Assembly (NCBI GenBank): GCA_041659005.1
Contig: JBAZZD010000003.1
Location: 2,650 to 66,649 of the forward strand
DNA length: 64,000 bases
Origin: Minisyncoccota bacterium
Lineage (GTDB): Bacteria > Patescibacteriota > Minisyncoccia > UBA6257 > GWB1-50-10
Direction of reading: 5' to 3'
The position numbers and the translations under genes are program-made. Shown here piece after piece: positions 51,852 to 61,240 of this stretch. The notes under the pieces are model-generated. The model searched no databases and was not told where the DNA came from. It saw nothing but the letters and a program-made list of their open reading frames with translations. How positions within the stretch are numbered: position 1 is the stretch's first letter; each line of letters opens with the position of its first letter.

Positions 51852-52856
51852 CTAAAATAATTCCCCATCTTTTTCTTTTGCTCCTAAATGTTGATATGCC
51901 AACTTTGTCGCAATTCTTCCAGACGGGGTTCGGTGGAGGAGGCCAATTTTTATGAGGAATGGTTCATATACATCTTCAATGGTTCCTGGCTCCTCATTGA
52001 GTGCTGCTCCAAGTGATTTTAATCCAACAGGACCCCCATTAAATTTTTCTATGATTATTGAAAGAATTTCTCTGTCTGTTTTGTCCAGTCCAAATTCATC
52101 AATTTCAAGAAGTTCAAGTGTCTTATATATCACGTCCATGTCCACGGTATTATTGTTATATATCTGTGCGTAGTCTCTTGCGCGTTTTAACAAACGATTT
52201 GCGGTTCGTGGAGTAAAACGAGATGCGTGAGAGAGCTTTTCTGAGGCGGATTTTTTAATTGTTATTCCAAGAATATTAGCAGATCGGTCAATAATTTTTT
52301 GAATGTCTTCTGCATTGTAATAATCAAGTCGAAATGTTGCACCAAAGCGAGAACGGAGAGGTGCCGAAAGGAGATTTGCGCGTGTTGTTGCTGCAATGAT
52401 AGTGAACGGTGGAAGGTCAAGTGAAAATGTTCTTGCTGATGGTCCCTTTCCGACAATAAGATGAATCTTTCTTGATTCCATTGCGGGATAAAGAATTTCT
52501 TCTATTGCGGTATTTAAGCGATGTGCCTCGTCAATAAATAAAATATCATGTGGTTCAAGATTGGTAAGAAGCGCCGCAACATCTCCAGCCTTTTCAAGTG
52601 CGGGACCTGATGTTGAGCGGATTTGTGCGTTTAATTCTTTTGCAATGAGATAGGCAAGCGTCGTCTTTCCCAATCCAGGTTGCCCATAAAACAACATATG
52701 ATCAGGGGCTTCTCCCCGTGCTTTTGCTGCGTCAATAATCAAACGAATATTTGTTTTCGTTGTTTCTTGGCCGACATATTCGTCCCAACGCGACGGACGA
52801 AGCGCGGCGTCAAAGTTGCCGTCAGAAGAATCTTGCGTCTTTAATTCTTTGTCCAT
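51852..52856 (-). CDS. ruvB: Holliday junction branch migration helicase RuvB
   Basis: LRP..WDEY.GQ start, Walker A GQPGLGKTTLA, Walker B. Confidence 0.92.
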   Translation of the reverse strand: MDKELKTQDSSDGNFDAALRPSRWDEYVGQETTKTNIRLIIDAAKARGEAPDHMLFYGQPGLGKTTLAYLIAKELNAQIRSTSGPALEKAGDVAALLTNLEPHDILFIDEAHRLNTAIEEILYPAMESRKIHLIVGKGPSARTFSLDLPPFTIIAATTRANLLSAPLRSRFGATFRLDYYNAEDIQKIIDRSANILGITIKKSASEKLSHASRFTPRTANRLLKRARDYAQIYNNNTVDMDVIYKTLELLEIDEFGLDKTDREILSIIIEKFNGGPVGLKSLGAALNEEPGTIEDVYEPFLIKIGLLHRTPSGRIATKLAYQHLGAKEKDGELF

Positions 52857-53008
52857 TCGTTATTGTTAACTATACGTCAATTTGGTGATATTTTGAAGGG
52901 GAGCGAACGTTAAAAATACTATAAATATCTTAAATAAACATTATCTCTAACAATAGAGTGCACAGCGAGGTTGGGCACTTGGTGTTTCCGGGTTCGATAG
53001 AATTGGGG

Positions 53009-53037
53009 TTGACATATGAAATAAACCACTATATAAA
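53009..53037 (+). promoter_or_regulatory. sigma70-like promoter candidate (TTGACA-17-TATAAA) facing an ORF-free structured region
   Basis: ttgaca tatgaaataaaccacta tataaa. Confidence 0.3.
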
Positions 53038-53274
53038 TGTACAAGCCCAAAAGAAAAGGGAGCATATTGACAAATTTCTTAATGTGTGCTAAGATTACAA
53101 TATAAGTTAAGTTGAAGTCGTTCATTTATACCTGTGGGCAAACGGATTCGTTTCTTAAACATTTAAAGGACTTTTTGGTTTCGGCTGGAAAACTCCTCGG
53201 AGACATCCGCTCTTTTCTCATGCTCATATGAGGAAAGTTTTTAAAACAAGCCTAACGGCGTGCTGCCCACAGAT

Positions 53275-53314
53275 ATAAATGAAGGAAAAGCCCCCACCAT
53301 GAAATGGTGGGGGC
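53275..53314 (-). terminator. intrinsic terminator downstream of pilB
   Basis: gcccccaccat-gaa-atggtgggggc stem with T-run on minus strand. Confidence 0.7.
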
Positions 53315-53407
53315 TGTATTGTACTAGAGACGACAAATAAAAACTTTTTATTTATTAAAAGAAATTATTTCTTTTTGTCTTCAGGTAAAAATGTAATAAA
53401 ATTATAT

Positions 53408-55084
53408 TTATTTTAGCCATTTAATTGTTCCTGTTGCTCGTTCCACTTCTTCGGTACTTGTTATTCCAAGAATAACCTTAAGAAAACCATCTTCCTGCAT
53501 TGTTACCATTCCTTGTGTTCGTGCTAAATTAAAAAGTTCCATTTCTGTTGGGTCTTTATAAATAAGTTCGCGCATCGCATCAGTAACAACAAACAGTTCA
53601 AAAATTGAGATACGATTACGATATCCCAAGCCGCCACAATCAGAGCAACCCTTCGGGGTGTATATTTGTGGATTGCTATACAGAGACTTATCAACACGAG
53701 AGGGAAGTGTTTCTATGAACGACTGTATTTTTTTCTTTAATTCAGGAGACACCTCTTCTTTCTCTTTGCATTTCGCACAAAGTATACGAACAAGGCGCTG
53801 AGCAATAATAAGAGTGAGCGCAGGACCTAATATGTTTGGTTTTGCTCCAAGATCAAGAAAACGTGGAATTGCACCAATGGCATCATTGGTGTGAAGTGTT
53901 GAAAAAACAAGATGACCAGTGAGCGACGACTCAAGTGCTATTTCCGCGGTTTCTTTGTCTCGTATTTCTCCAATGAGAATGACGTCGGGGTCCTGACGTA
54001 AGATTGACCGCAATCCTGAAGCAAATGTGTAATTTGCGTTCGAATTTACTTGTGTTTGTGAAACTCCATCGAGATGATATTCAATTGGATCTTCAACGGT
54101 AATTATTTTTATCTCCGACGAATAAACACTTTTTAAAAATGCATAGAGTGTTGTTGTTTTTCCTGATCCCGTAGGGCCAGTATTTAAAATAAGTCCATTT
54201 GGTTGATTAATTGCCTCTTTAACTATTTCGAGGTCATCCCTTCTCCATCCCAAATCTTCAAGGTTTACTTTTAGAGCCAACGGATCCAAAATACGCAACA
54301 CAATCGTTTCTCCATATTCGGACGGAATAATAGATGTACGAACCTCAATTTCTCTATTAGATAATCCAATAGTAAATCGTCCATCTTGTGGCTCATTTAT
54401 AATATTAAGTTTTAGGCTCGAAAGAAGTTTGATTCTTGTAGTGAGTGATTTATAAATATGTGGTGAGAATTTTTCAAACGCGGTATGGAGTATCCCATCA
54501 ATACGGAGACGAAGAACGCCCATTTCGTCGGCTGGTTCCATGTGTATGTCTGATGCTTTGAGCGCCATTGCTCCTGCAAGAATAATTTCAAGCATCTGTG
54601 AGATAAAAGGACTAGAAAAATTAGCAAGGTGGGATTCCAAATCTTTTAATGTTTTTACCTCGCCTAAAATAATACGAAGATTTTCTTCATTGATATCAAC
54701 CTTCCCTGCTATTTCCTTTGTTTCATCGGGGACATATTTATAATAACTCCAGCCGTGTTCAAGGCTTACTCGCGAAACAATGTGGATCTCAACTTCTAAT
54801 CCGCTTGCTTTTAATTTTTCAATTATTATATGAGCCTCAGGAAGGCGAGGGTCAAATGCGGCGACAACAATTTTCTCCTTAGTGGTATGAAGGGGAACAA
54901 TAAGAGCTTTTCGTGCATCAACTTCAGAAATTTTTTGCATTGCCTTTAATTCGGTTGGCACACGAGTAGACACAATATCAAGATAAGGAAGGCCAATTTG
55001 CACGGCGCGTCGTTTTGCATCACTTTCTTCAGCAATGCGCCTCGCTTTTTGAAGTTGTTCTTGTAAAAGTTTGTTATTAAACAT
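53408..55084 (-). CDS. pilB: type IV pilus assembly ATPase PilB (GspE family)
   Basis: T2SSE_N domain, Walker A GPTGSGKTTT, Asp/His boxes, tetracysteine CAKC...CSDC. Confidence 0.85.
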   Translation of the reverse strand: MFNNKLLQEQLQKARRIAEESDAKRRAVQIGLPYLDIVSTRVPTELKAMQKISEVDARKALIVPLHTTKEKIVVAAFDPRLPEAHIIIEKLKASGLEVEIHIVSRVSLEHGWSYYKYVPDETKEIAGKVDINEENLRIILGEVKTLKDLESHLANFSSPFISQMLEIILAGAMALKASDIHMEPADEMGVLRLRIDGILHTAFEKFSPHIYKSLTTRIKLLSSLKLNIINEPQDGRFTIGLSNREIEVRTSIIPSEYGETIVLRILDPLALKVNLEDLGWRRDDLEIVKEAINQPNGLILNTGPTGSGKTTTLYAFLKSVYSSEIKIITVEDPIEYHLDGVSQTQVNSNANYTFASGLRSILRQDPDVILIGEIRDKETAEIALESSLTGHLVFSTLHTNDAIGAIPRFLDLGAKPNILGPALTLIIAQRLVRILCAKCKEKEEVSPELKKKIQSFIETLPSRVDKSLYSNPQIYTPKGCSDCGGLGYRNRISIFELFVVTDAMRELIYKDPTEMELFNLARTQGMVTMQEDGFLKVILGITSTEEVERATGTIKWLK

Positions 55085-55205
55085 ACTTATAGATATATTC
55101 TACCTATTTTTTATAAAACTTGACAGAATGCTTAATGCTTGATTTTTTTGGTGTTTGGTGGTATAATGTATTCATCATTAATAATTATTGAAGTAGGAGC
55201 TTGAA

Positions 55206-55598
55206 ATGAAACGTTTATTTTTGTCGTTTGTTTGTTTGTCATTTTTGTTTTCTGGATGTGTAACATTAAAAACCAACATTCCTTTTTATCGTACCGATGG
55301 AGTGATTGTAACCTGTCCGGTAAGCGTTGGGAGGATCGTAATTAAAAAATATTCTAGGTTCGTTGAGGGGCAAGAATACACCGTGGTTCCTGGGAAGGAA
55401 ACTCGTGTGTATGCAGACGGAGTATTTTCGGACCAACCGATGACTCTTGTTGGTTTCGTCTACAATAAAAAAGGTCAAGTTATAGGTCGCGTATCTCGCG
55501 ATTTCCGGTTTGACGGAAACTCCTATGAGGTAAAGATTCACATGTGGAATATTACCAACTGGGAGTCTACTCAATCTGAAAGGAATTGGTTGTGGTAA
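55206..55598 (+). CDS. hypothetical lipoprotein
   Basis: Lipobox LFSGC after signal peptide. Confidence 0.45.
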   Translation: MKRLFLSFVCLSFLFSGCVTLKTNIPFYRTDGVIVTCPVSVGRIVIKKYSRFVEGQEYTVVPGKETRVYADGVFSDQPMTLVGFVYNKKGQVIGRVSRDFRFDGNSYEVKIHMWNITNWESTQSERNWLW

Positions 55599-55650
55599 AT
55601 AATTTGCTCGTGCGTATGCACGGGCGATTTTTTTTGGTATCTTAAAAGCG

Positions 55651-56457
55651 ATGATCATTTTCCTATACGGAGCAGATATATATAGGAGGGAAGTGAAGGT
55701 AAAAGAACTTCTTACAATCAACCGCGAAAAAAAGAAAAATGCGGATATTAAAGTTTTTGATTTGTGCGAAGAAAAAGAGAAATGGAGAGAAGCAAAGGAA
55801 TTCCTTTCTCAACCATCAATGTTTTCTGATACAAAAACAGTGGTAATTTATGGAAGCGGAGAGGTAGATATAAAAGAATGGAGAGAGTTATTAAAAAAAG
55901 AGATCCACACAAAAGACCATGTAATAATTATTTCTGATGAAAAAGCACCAAAAAAGAATTTTCAGTTTCTTTTAGATCCAAATATTAAAACAAGCGAATA
56001 TACAGAGCTTGATGAAAAAAAACTTGAGGTATTTTTAAAGCGTGAAGCAGAGCGACTCGATGTTTCATTAGATAACGAGTCGTGGAAATTATTCGTTTTG
56101 CACATTGAATCATTTCCACTGCGAAGTGCCGCCGGCGTTCGTGAACTCGAGAAGTGTGCATTATTTTCCAAAAATAAAATATTAAATGAGGATGGATTAC
56201 GATCAATAATACAAACTTCAGAAACAGAAGATGTGTATGGAGTGGCGCGGACACTCACATCAGAAAGAAGAAGAGAGAAGAGAATGGCTATTCTTGAGCG
56301 TGCGCTTATCAACAAAGTAGATCCTGCACACTTATTTAATACGTTGGTATATGTGGTAAATGGTGTGGGGATTGAGCGTCTTGCACAACTTGATGTAAAA
56401 ATAAAAAGCGGGAACGCAGAATACGAAGAAGCACTCCTCGAATTTGTTCTCCATTAG
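55651..56457 (+). CDS. holA: DNA polymerase III delta subunit-like (HolA)
   Basis: N-terminal IFLYGADIYRREVKVKEL...VFDL...P.MFSDTKTVVIYGSG pattern similar to HolA; shorter than typical. Confidence 0.5.
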   Translation: MIIFLYGADIYRREVKVKELLTINREKKKNADIKVFDLCEEKEKWREAKEFLSQPSMFSDTKTVVIYGSGEVDIKEWRELLKKEIHTKDHVIIISDEKAPKKNFQFLLDPNIKTSEYTELDEKKLEVFLKREAERLDVSLDNESWKLFVLHIESFPLRSAAGVRELEKCALFSKNKILNEDGLRSIIQTSETEDVYGVARTLTSERRREKRMAILERALINKVDPAHLFNTLVYVVNGVGIERLAQLDVKIKSGNAEYEEALLEFVLH

Positions 56458-56617
56458 ACCTACTGCATAATTATGTTTTAGCTACAATTTTCACATTTCT
56501 GCTGCGGCTTTGCAAAAATCTTTCAATATATTCTGCCTGAATATACTTCAATATTTTTGCAAAGCCGCAGCAGAAATGTGAAAATTGTAGCTAAAACATA
56601 ATTATGCAGTAGGTCTA
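56455..56617. repeat. about 160-bp palindromic element: perfect 63-65-bp inverted-repeat arms around a 33-bp partly palindromic spacer, TA on both flanks (MITE-like)
   Basis: Left arm 56457-56519 is exact reverse complement of 56553-56615; overlaps holA-like stop codon. Confidence 0.9.
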
Positions 56618-56618
56618 T

Positions 56619-56652
56619 TAAAAACTCTCCAATAAACGGAGAGTTTTTAATT
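56619..56652. terminator. bidirectional intrinsic terminator (rpsT and holA side)
   Basis: aaaactctcc-aataaac-ggagagtttt with A-run and T-run flanks, abuts rpsT stop. Confidence 0.7.
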
Positions 56653-56902
56653 ATTTTAGTTTTTTTGCAAGACGAGACTTCATTCGATTTGCTTTGCCTT
56701 TTTTGATAAGTTTCACCTTTGCCATCTTATCAATTGTTTTATAGGTTTCTGCGAGTTTTGTTTTCGCTTCATCTTTGCTAGTTGAAAGAGAACGACGAAA
56801 ACTTTTTATTACGATTTTAAGTTTTGTTTTTCGTGCGTCGTTTCGTGCGTTTCTCGTTTTATTTTGCTTTAATGCTTTTTTTGCTGAACTTGTTTTTGGC
56901 AT
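56651..56902 (-). CDS. rpsT: 30S ribosomal protein S20
   Basis: MPKTSSAKKALKQNKTRNARN start, basic 83 aa. Confidence 0.88.
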   Translation of the reverse strand: MPKTSSAKKALKQNKTRNARNDARKTKLKIVIKSFRRSLSTSKDEAKTKLAETYKTIDKMAKVKLIKKGKANRMKSRLAKKLK

Positions 56903-56982
56903 ATTTCTATAGACACAGTAAAGCGTATTTTTTATGAAATGTCAAAGTATGTGAGTAGTTTGTTGTGGGGTATACTTACCGT

Positions 56983-57555
56983 ATGTGGTACTGCATTAAT
57001 GGCGAGGTACAAGAAAAAAAGAAGGGCTTTTTTGTTCTTTTGGTGAACGGAATGGGATATAAAATTTATACAAATTCTAATACGCTTGAGTTTGTTAGCG
57101 GCAAAATAACGATATTCACACACGTGCATATTCGGGAGGATGCGTTTGATATTTTTGGATTTTTAACAGAAGAGACCCTACTTCTTTTTGAAATGTTAAT
57201 TTCCGTGTCAGGTGTTGGGCCAAAAACCGCACTTGGAATTCTTGATCTTGATAACATTCCAAATCTTACCGCAATTATTTTAGAGAAGCGTGCCGACATT
57301 CTTTCTCGTGCGTCAGGAATTGGGAAAAAGACAGCAGAACGAATTATTTTAGAGCTTCATGCAAAAATGAAGGAATTTGGAACAGCAAAGTCTGCGGGTG
57401 ATCATGATCTGCGTAATGAGGTTGAGGAGGTATTAGTAAATCTTGGATATATTCGTGCAATTGCCCGAAAAACAGCACAAGAAGCGCACGGAGACTCTGT
57501 GGAAGAACGATTGAGGAGTGCGCTTCGTTCAATTGGTACTAATAGAAGGTCATAA
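56983..57555 (+). CDS. ruvA: Holliday junction DNA helicase RuvA (internal ATG; track ORF from 56965)
   Basis: OB-fold start I.GEV, helix-hairpin-helix GVGPKTALGIL, C-terminal domain III. Confidence 0.85.
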   Translation: MWYCINGEVQEKKKGFFVLLVNGMGYKIYTNSNTLEFVSGKITIFTHVHIREDAFDIFGFLTEETLLLFEMLISVSGVGPKTALGILDLDNIPNLTAIILEKRADILSRASGIGKKTAERIILELHAKMKEFGTAKSAGDHDLRNEVEEVLVNLGYIRAIARKTAQEAHGDSVEERLRSALRSIGTNRRS

Positions 57556-57557
57556 CT

Positions 57558-58811
57558 ATGAAAAGTATTTTCTCAATTTATCATTTTCTTTGGGCGTTTT
57601 TAGGAAACATTTTTTATGGCATTCCAAGTAGAAAATTATTTGTTGTTGGTGTTACGGGAACAAAAGGAAAATCGACAACTTTGGAACTTATGAGTGCAAT
57701 TATGGAGGAGGCAGGAGAGACAACGGCAGTCCTTTCTTCGGTAACAAAAAAAATTGGAAAGCATACAAAAAAGAACACTACAGGAAACTCAATGCCCGGA
57801 AGAATGGAAATTCAAAAATTTTTATATCAGGCAAAAAAAGCAAAATGTTCGCATGTTTTTATTGAGGTAACTTCGCAGGGCGTAGTACAGCACCGACATA
57901 GATTTATTGACTGGAATGCTGCGGTGTTTCTCAATCTTTCCAAGGAACATATTGAATCTCACGGTTCGTATGATGCATATCGCAAAGCAAAACTTTCTTT
58001 TTTTGAATATGTTGCAAAAACAAAAAAGAAAAAAAGAATTTTCATTATTAATAAAAATGATAAAGAAGGAGAATTGTTCGCTCACGCAATTCGTCATAAT
58101 TATGCAAATTCAATATACTGGTTTTCAAAAGAAGATTTCTTAAGAAAGATTTCCGATTATGTTGATATAACATCAGACAAAGCACGCGCAAAGTTTAATG
58201 AGTGGATTTTTGCCGATTTTAATTTGGAGAATTCTGCAGCAGCAAGAACATTTTCTGAAACACAAAATATTTCTTTTGAAATAGTGCAGAAAGCGCTTTC
58301 AAAATTTCGTGGAATTTCTGGGCGACTTGAGGTTATACAACGGAAACCATTTTCGGTAATCGTCGATTACGCACACACTCCTGATTCGCTTGAGAAGATC
58401 TATGCGGTTGCGAGGAAGGATTATTGTTTAGAACCGACAAATTCACTTATCGCAGTCCTTGGTTCTGCGGGAGGGGGACGAGACAAATGGAAGCGGGCAG
58501 AGATGGGGTCGATTGCTGGTAGGGTATGCAATGAAATTATTATTACTAATGAAGATCCATTTGATGAAGATCCAACAGAAATTATGGACGAGATAAAAAG
58601 TGGAGTGGTGCGTTCTGGGTTTTTGGAACAAAATATAAAAATGATTCTTGATAGACGAGAAGCGATTAGATATGCACTAAAACAAGCAAAGAAAGGAGAT
58701 GTAGTTATTGCAACAGGAAAGGGAAGTGAAGAATGGATTCGGTGGGAGAGAGAAAGAAAAGAAGCGTGGAATGAACGAAAAGTATTTGAAGAAGAATTAA
58801 AAAAAATATAA
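57558..58811 (+). CDS. Mur ligase family protein (MurE-like)
   Basis: P-loop VGVTGTKGKSTT, DYAHTPDSLEKI motif; shorter than canonical MurE so exact member uncertain. Confidence 0.55.
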   Translation: MKSIFSIYHFLWAFLGNIFYGIPSRKLFVVGVTGTKGKSTTLELMSAIMEEAGETTAVLSSVTKKIGKHTKKNTTGNSMPGRMEIQKFLYQAKKAKCSHVFIEVTSQGVVQHRHRFIDWNAAVFLNLSKEHIESHGSYDAYRKAKLSFFEYVAKTKKKKRIFIINKNDKEGELFAHAIRHNYANSIYWFSKEDFLRKISDYVDITSDKARAKFNEWIFADFNLENSAAARTFSETQNISFEIVQKALSKFRGISGRLEVIQRKPFSVIVDYAHTPDSLEKIYAVARKDYCLEPTNSLIAVLGSAGGGRDKWKRAEMGSIAGRVCNEIIITNEDPFDEDPTEIMDEIKSGVVRSGFLEQNIKMILDRREAIRYALKQAKKGDVVIATGKGSEEWIRWERERKEAWNERKVFEEELKKI

Positions 58812-58846
58812 GCCCCTCATTGAGGGGTTTTGTATTTTATTTCGGA
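58812..58846 (+). terminator. intrinsic terminator after Mur ligase gene
   Basis: cccctc-att-gagggg then T-rich run. Confidence 0.55.
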
Positions 58847-59110
58847 AAGCGAGTACTCCCCGTATAAAAACTTTTTCCATGTGCCGTTTTCGCATGTTTC
58901 AATATTTTTTATAATAATATCCTTCCAAAATACCTTCCTTTTTAACACCCCCTCAATGTTTTTGTGAATGAGGAAGAGAAAATCATTCACGTTGTGGGCG
59001 AAACGGTAGAAGTCACGTACCGTGTGACAAACTTTACCATTTGCAAACACAAAAACATTATCACACCGGAATTTTATTATACGCGTTCCCAGCTTGGATT
59101 TTTCAGGCAT
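58817..59110 (-). CDS. hypothetical protein
   Basis: ORF only. Confidence 0.3.
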   Translation of the reverse strand: MPEKSKLGTRIIKFRCDNVFVFANGKVCHTVRDFYRFAHNVNDFLFLIHKNIEGVLKRKVFWKDIIIKNIETCENGTWKKFLYGEYSLSEIKYKTPQ

Positions 59111-59216
59111 GGCACTTCCTTTTCAATTGTTAATGGATGAATTATAGCATTTATTTGATAAAAAATCAATAGATGACGTACCCAGCTAAGTAATCCTGTA
59201 TAATAAGTAATATATT

Positions 59217-60569
59217 ATGGCTAAATTAACCTTCTGTGGTGCTGCAGGGACGGTTACCGGATCTAATTATCTTCTTGAGTCAGGAGACACAAAAATTCTT
59301 ATTGATTGTGGATTGTTTCAAGGATCGCATTTTTGTGAAGAGATGAATTACGATCCATTTTTGTTTAATCCAGAGGAAATTACTGCGGTATTCGTTACTC
59401 ATGCCCACATCGATCATATTGGACGCATACCAAAACTTTACAAAGAGGGATTCAGACAAAAAATTATTTCTACAGAACCGACAAGAGATATGGCAGAGGC
59501 ACTACTCCTTGATACCGAACACATACTTTTTATGGAAGCAGGAAAACATGCACCATTGTATGAGGTGGACGATGTAGAGAGAGTAATGCGTTTATGGGAA
59601 GGTGTTCCCTATCACAAACATATAAACATCGGGCCATTCCGTATCGAGTTTTATGATGCGGGCCATATTTTGGGATCATCCTCTATTCTTGTGGAGGTTG
59701 AGGGAAAGAAAATTGTGTTTTCTGGAGACTTGGGAAATGTTCCCGCGCCGTTTATTAATCCAACCGAGTTTATTGAGAATGCCGATTTTGTACTTATTGA
59801 ATCCACTTACGGAAATAGAGCCCACGAAAATATTGATAAAAGAAAAGAGGAGTTGGAGGAGACAATAAAAGAAACAGCAAAGAGGAGAGGTGTTGTAATG
59901 ATTCCTGCGTTTGCCCTTGAGCGAACACAAGAAATGATTTACGAATTAAATGAACTTGTAGAAAACAAAAAAATACACCGAATTCCCGTTTTTGTTGATA
60001 GTCCACTCGCAATCAGACTCACTGATGTGTATAGGAAGTATTCTGCAAATAAAATGTATTTTAATAAGGAGGCGCTTGGACTTATTAGAAAAGGGGATGC
60101 AATATTTAACTTTCCCGGTCTTTCACTTTCTTTGACCACCGAAGAATCAAAAGCAATTAATGATATTCCACCGCCAAAAGTAATTATTGCGGGGTCTGGT
60201 ATGTCACAAGGAGGACGAATTATTCATCATGAGAAACGGTATCTTTCTGACCCAAGAAGCTCAATCATTTTCGTTGGATATCAAACTAAAGAATCATTAG
60301 GACGAAAGATCCTTGATGGGGAGACAATGGTGCGAATTGCAAAAGAAGATGTGCCTGTTAGGGCAAAAATACGAGCGATTAGTGGATATTCAGCTCATGC
60401 CGATCAACCACAATTGTTGCACTGGGTCTCATATTTTAAAGAGCGCCCCAAAAAAGTTTTTGTTACACATGGGGAGCCAGAAAGTGCAGAGGTGCTTGCG
60501 ATAAAGATAAAAAGTGAATTTGGAATAGATGCCCAAGTTCCCCAACAAAAAGAAGTCGTGATATTATAA
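59217..60569 (+). CDS. beta-CASP family RNA-metabolising metallo-beta-lactamase nuclease
   Basis: HAHIDH motif, MBL + beta-CASP + RMMBL layout in 450 aa. Confidence 0.7.
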   Translation: MAKLTFCGAAGTVTGSNYLLESGDTKILIDCGLFQGSHFCEEMNYDPFLFNPEEITAVFVTHAHIDHIGRIPKLYKEGFRQKIISTEPTRDMAEALLLDTEHILFMEAGKHAPLYEVDDVERVMRLWEGVPYHKHINIGPFRIEFYDAGHILGSSSILVEVEGKKIVFSGDLGNVPAPFINPTEFIENADFVLIESTYGNRAHENIDKRKEELEETIKETAKRRGVVMIPAFALERTQEMIYELNELVENKKIHRIPVFVDSPLAIRLTDVYRKYSANKMYFNKEALGLIRKGDAIFNFPGLSLSLTTEESKAINDIPPPKVIIAGSGMSQGGRIIHHEKRYLSDPRSSIIFVGYQTKESLGRKILDGETMVRIAKEDVPVRAKIRAISGYSAHADQPQLLHWVSYFKERPKKVFVTHGEPESAEVLAIKIKSEFGIDAQVPQQKEVVIL

Positions 60570-60574
60570 ATACA

Positions 60575-61237
60575 ATGCCAAATATAAAGAAAAAAGTTAT
60601 TCCGGTTCGTATGAAAAAAGTTTCGGCAAAAAAGAAAGATCCTCTTGATCATCTCACTCATACCTTGCGATACAAATTTTGTGTTTCTGGTGCCGCAGAG
60701 ACGGGACACTGTGCAAAAGATGCTCAAAAAAAAGCTGAAGAAATTGGAAAAGAAATTGCAAAACGTGGTCTTGTTCTCGTAACGGGAGCGACAACAGGAA
60801 TGCCATACTGGTCTGCAAAAGGAGCAAAAGCAGAAGGAGGGATTGTTATTGGGCTTTCTCCTGCAGCCTCAAAGCTTGCGCATATAAAGTCATATCACCT
60901 TCCAACCGATCATCACGATTTAATTATCTATACCGGATTTGATTATTCAGGAAGAAATTTATTACTTACTCGGTCAGCGGATGCGATTATTACTATTTGT
61001 GGGAGAGTTGGTACACTCAATGAATTTACTATTGGTTTTGAAGATCACAAACCAATGGGTGTTCTTGAGGGCTCCGGTGGTACAGCGGATTACATTCGTG
61101 AATTATTAGAGAAATCACATCGGGGATTTGGTAATGTTGTTTTTTCAAGTGATCCAGCGGAATTAGTTGAAAAACTTCTTGCAATGATTCACGAGGAAGA
61201 AGAAAAGAATGGGATTCGTGGATGGCTGTCGGCTTAA
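60575..61237 (+). CDS. TIGR00725/LOG-family (SLOG) Rossmann-fold protein
   Basis: GxGxxG-like LVTGATTGMP and EGSGGTADYIREL (LOG PGGxGTxxE-like) motifs. Confidence 0.55.
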   Translation: MPNIKKKVIPVRMKKVSAKKKDPLDHLTHTLRYKFCVSGAAETGHCAKDAQKKAEEIGKEIAKRGLVLVTGATTGMPYWSAKGAKAEGGIVIGLSPAASKLAHIKSYHLPTDHHDLIIYTGFDYSGRNLLLTRSADAIITICGRVGTLNEFTIGFEDHKPMGVLEGSGGTADYIRELLEKSHRGFGNVVFSSDPAELVEKLLAMIHEEEEKNGIRGWLSA

Positions 61238-61240
61238 TGA

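Noticed and set aside
52961-53010. tRNA- or tmRNA-like T-arm (gggttcgatag)
   Set aside because: The flanking sequence cannot form a T-stem or acceptor stem; no cloverleaf.
52919-53125. 68-aa minus-strand ORF in the ruvB-pilB gap
   Set aside because: Hydrophobic low-complexity translation of AT-rich intergenic DNA overlapping promoter-like elements; no start context.
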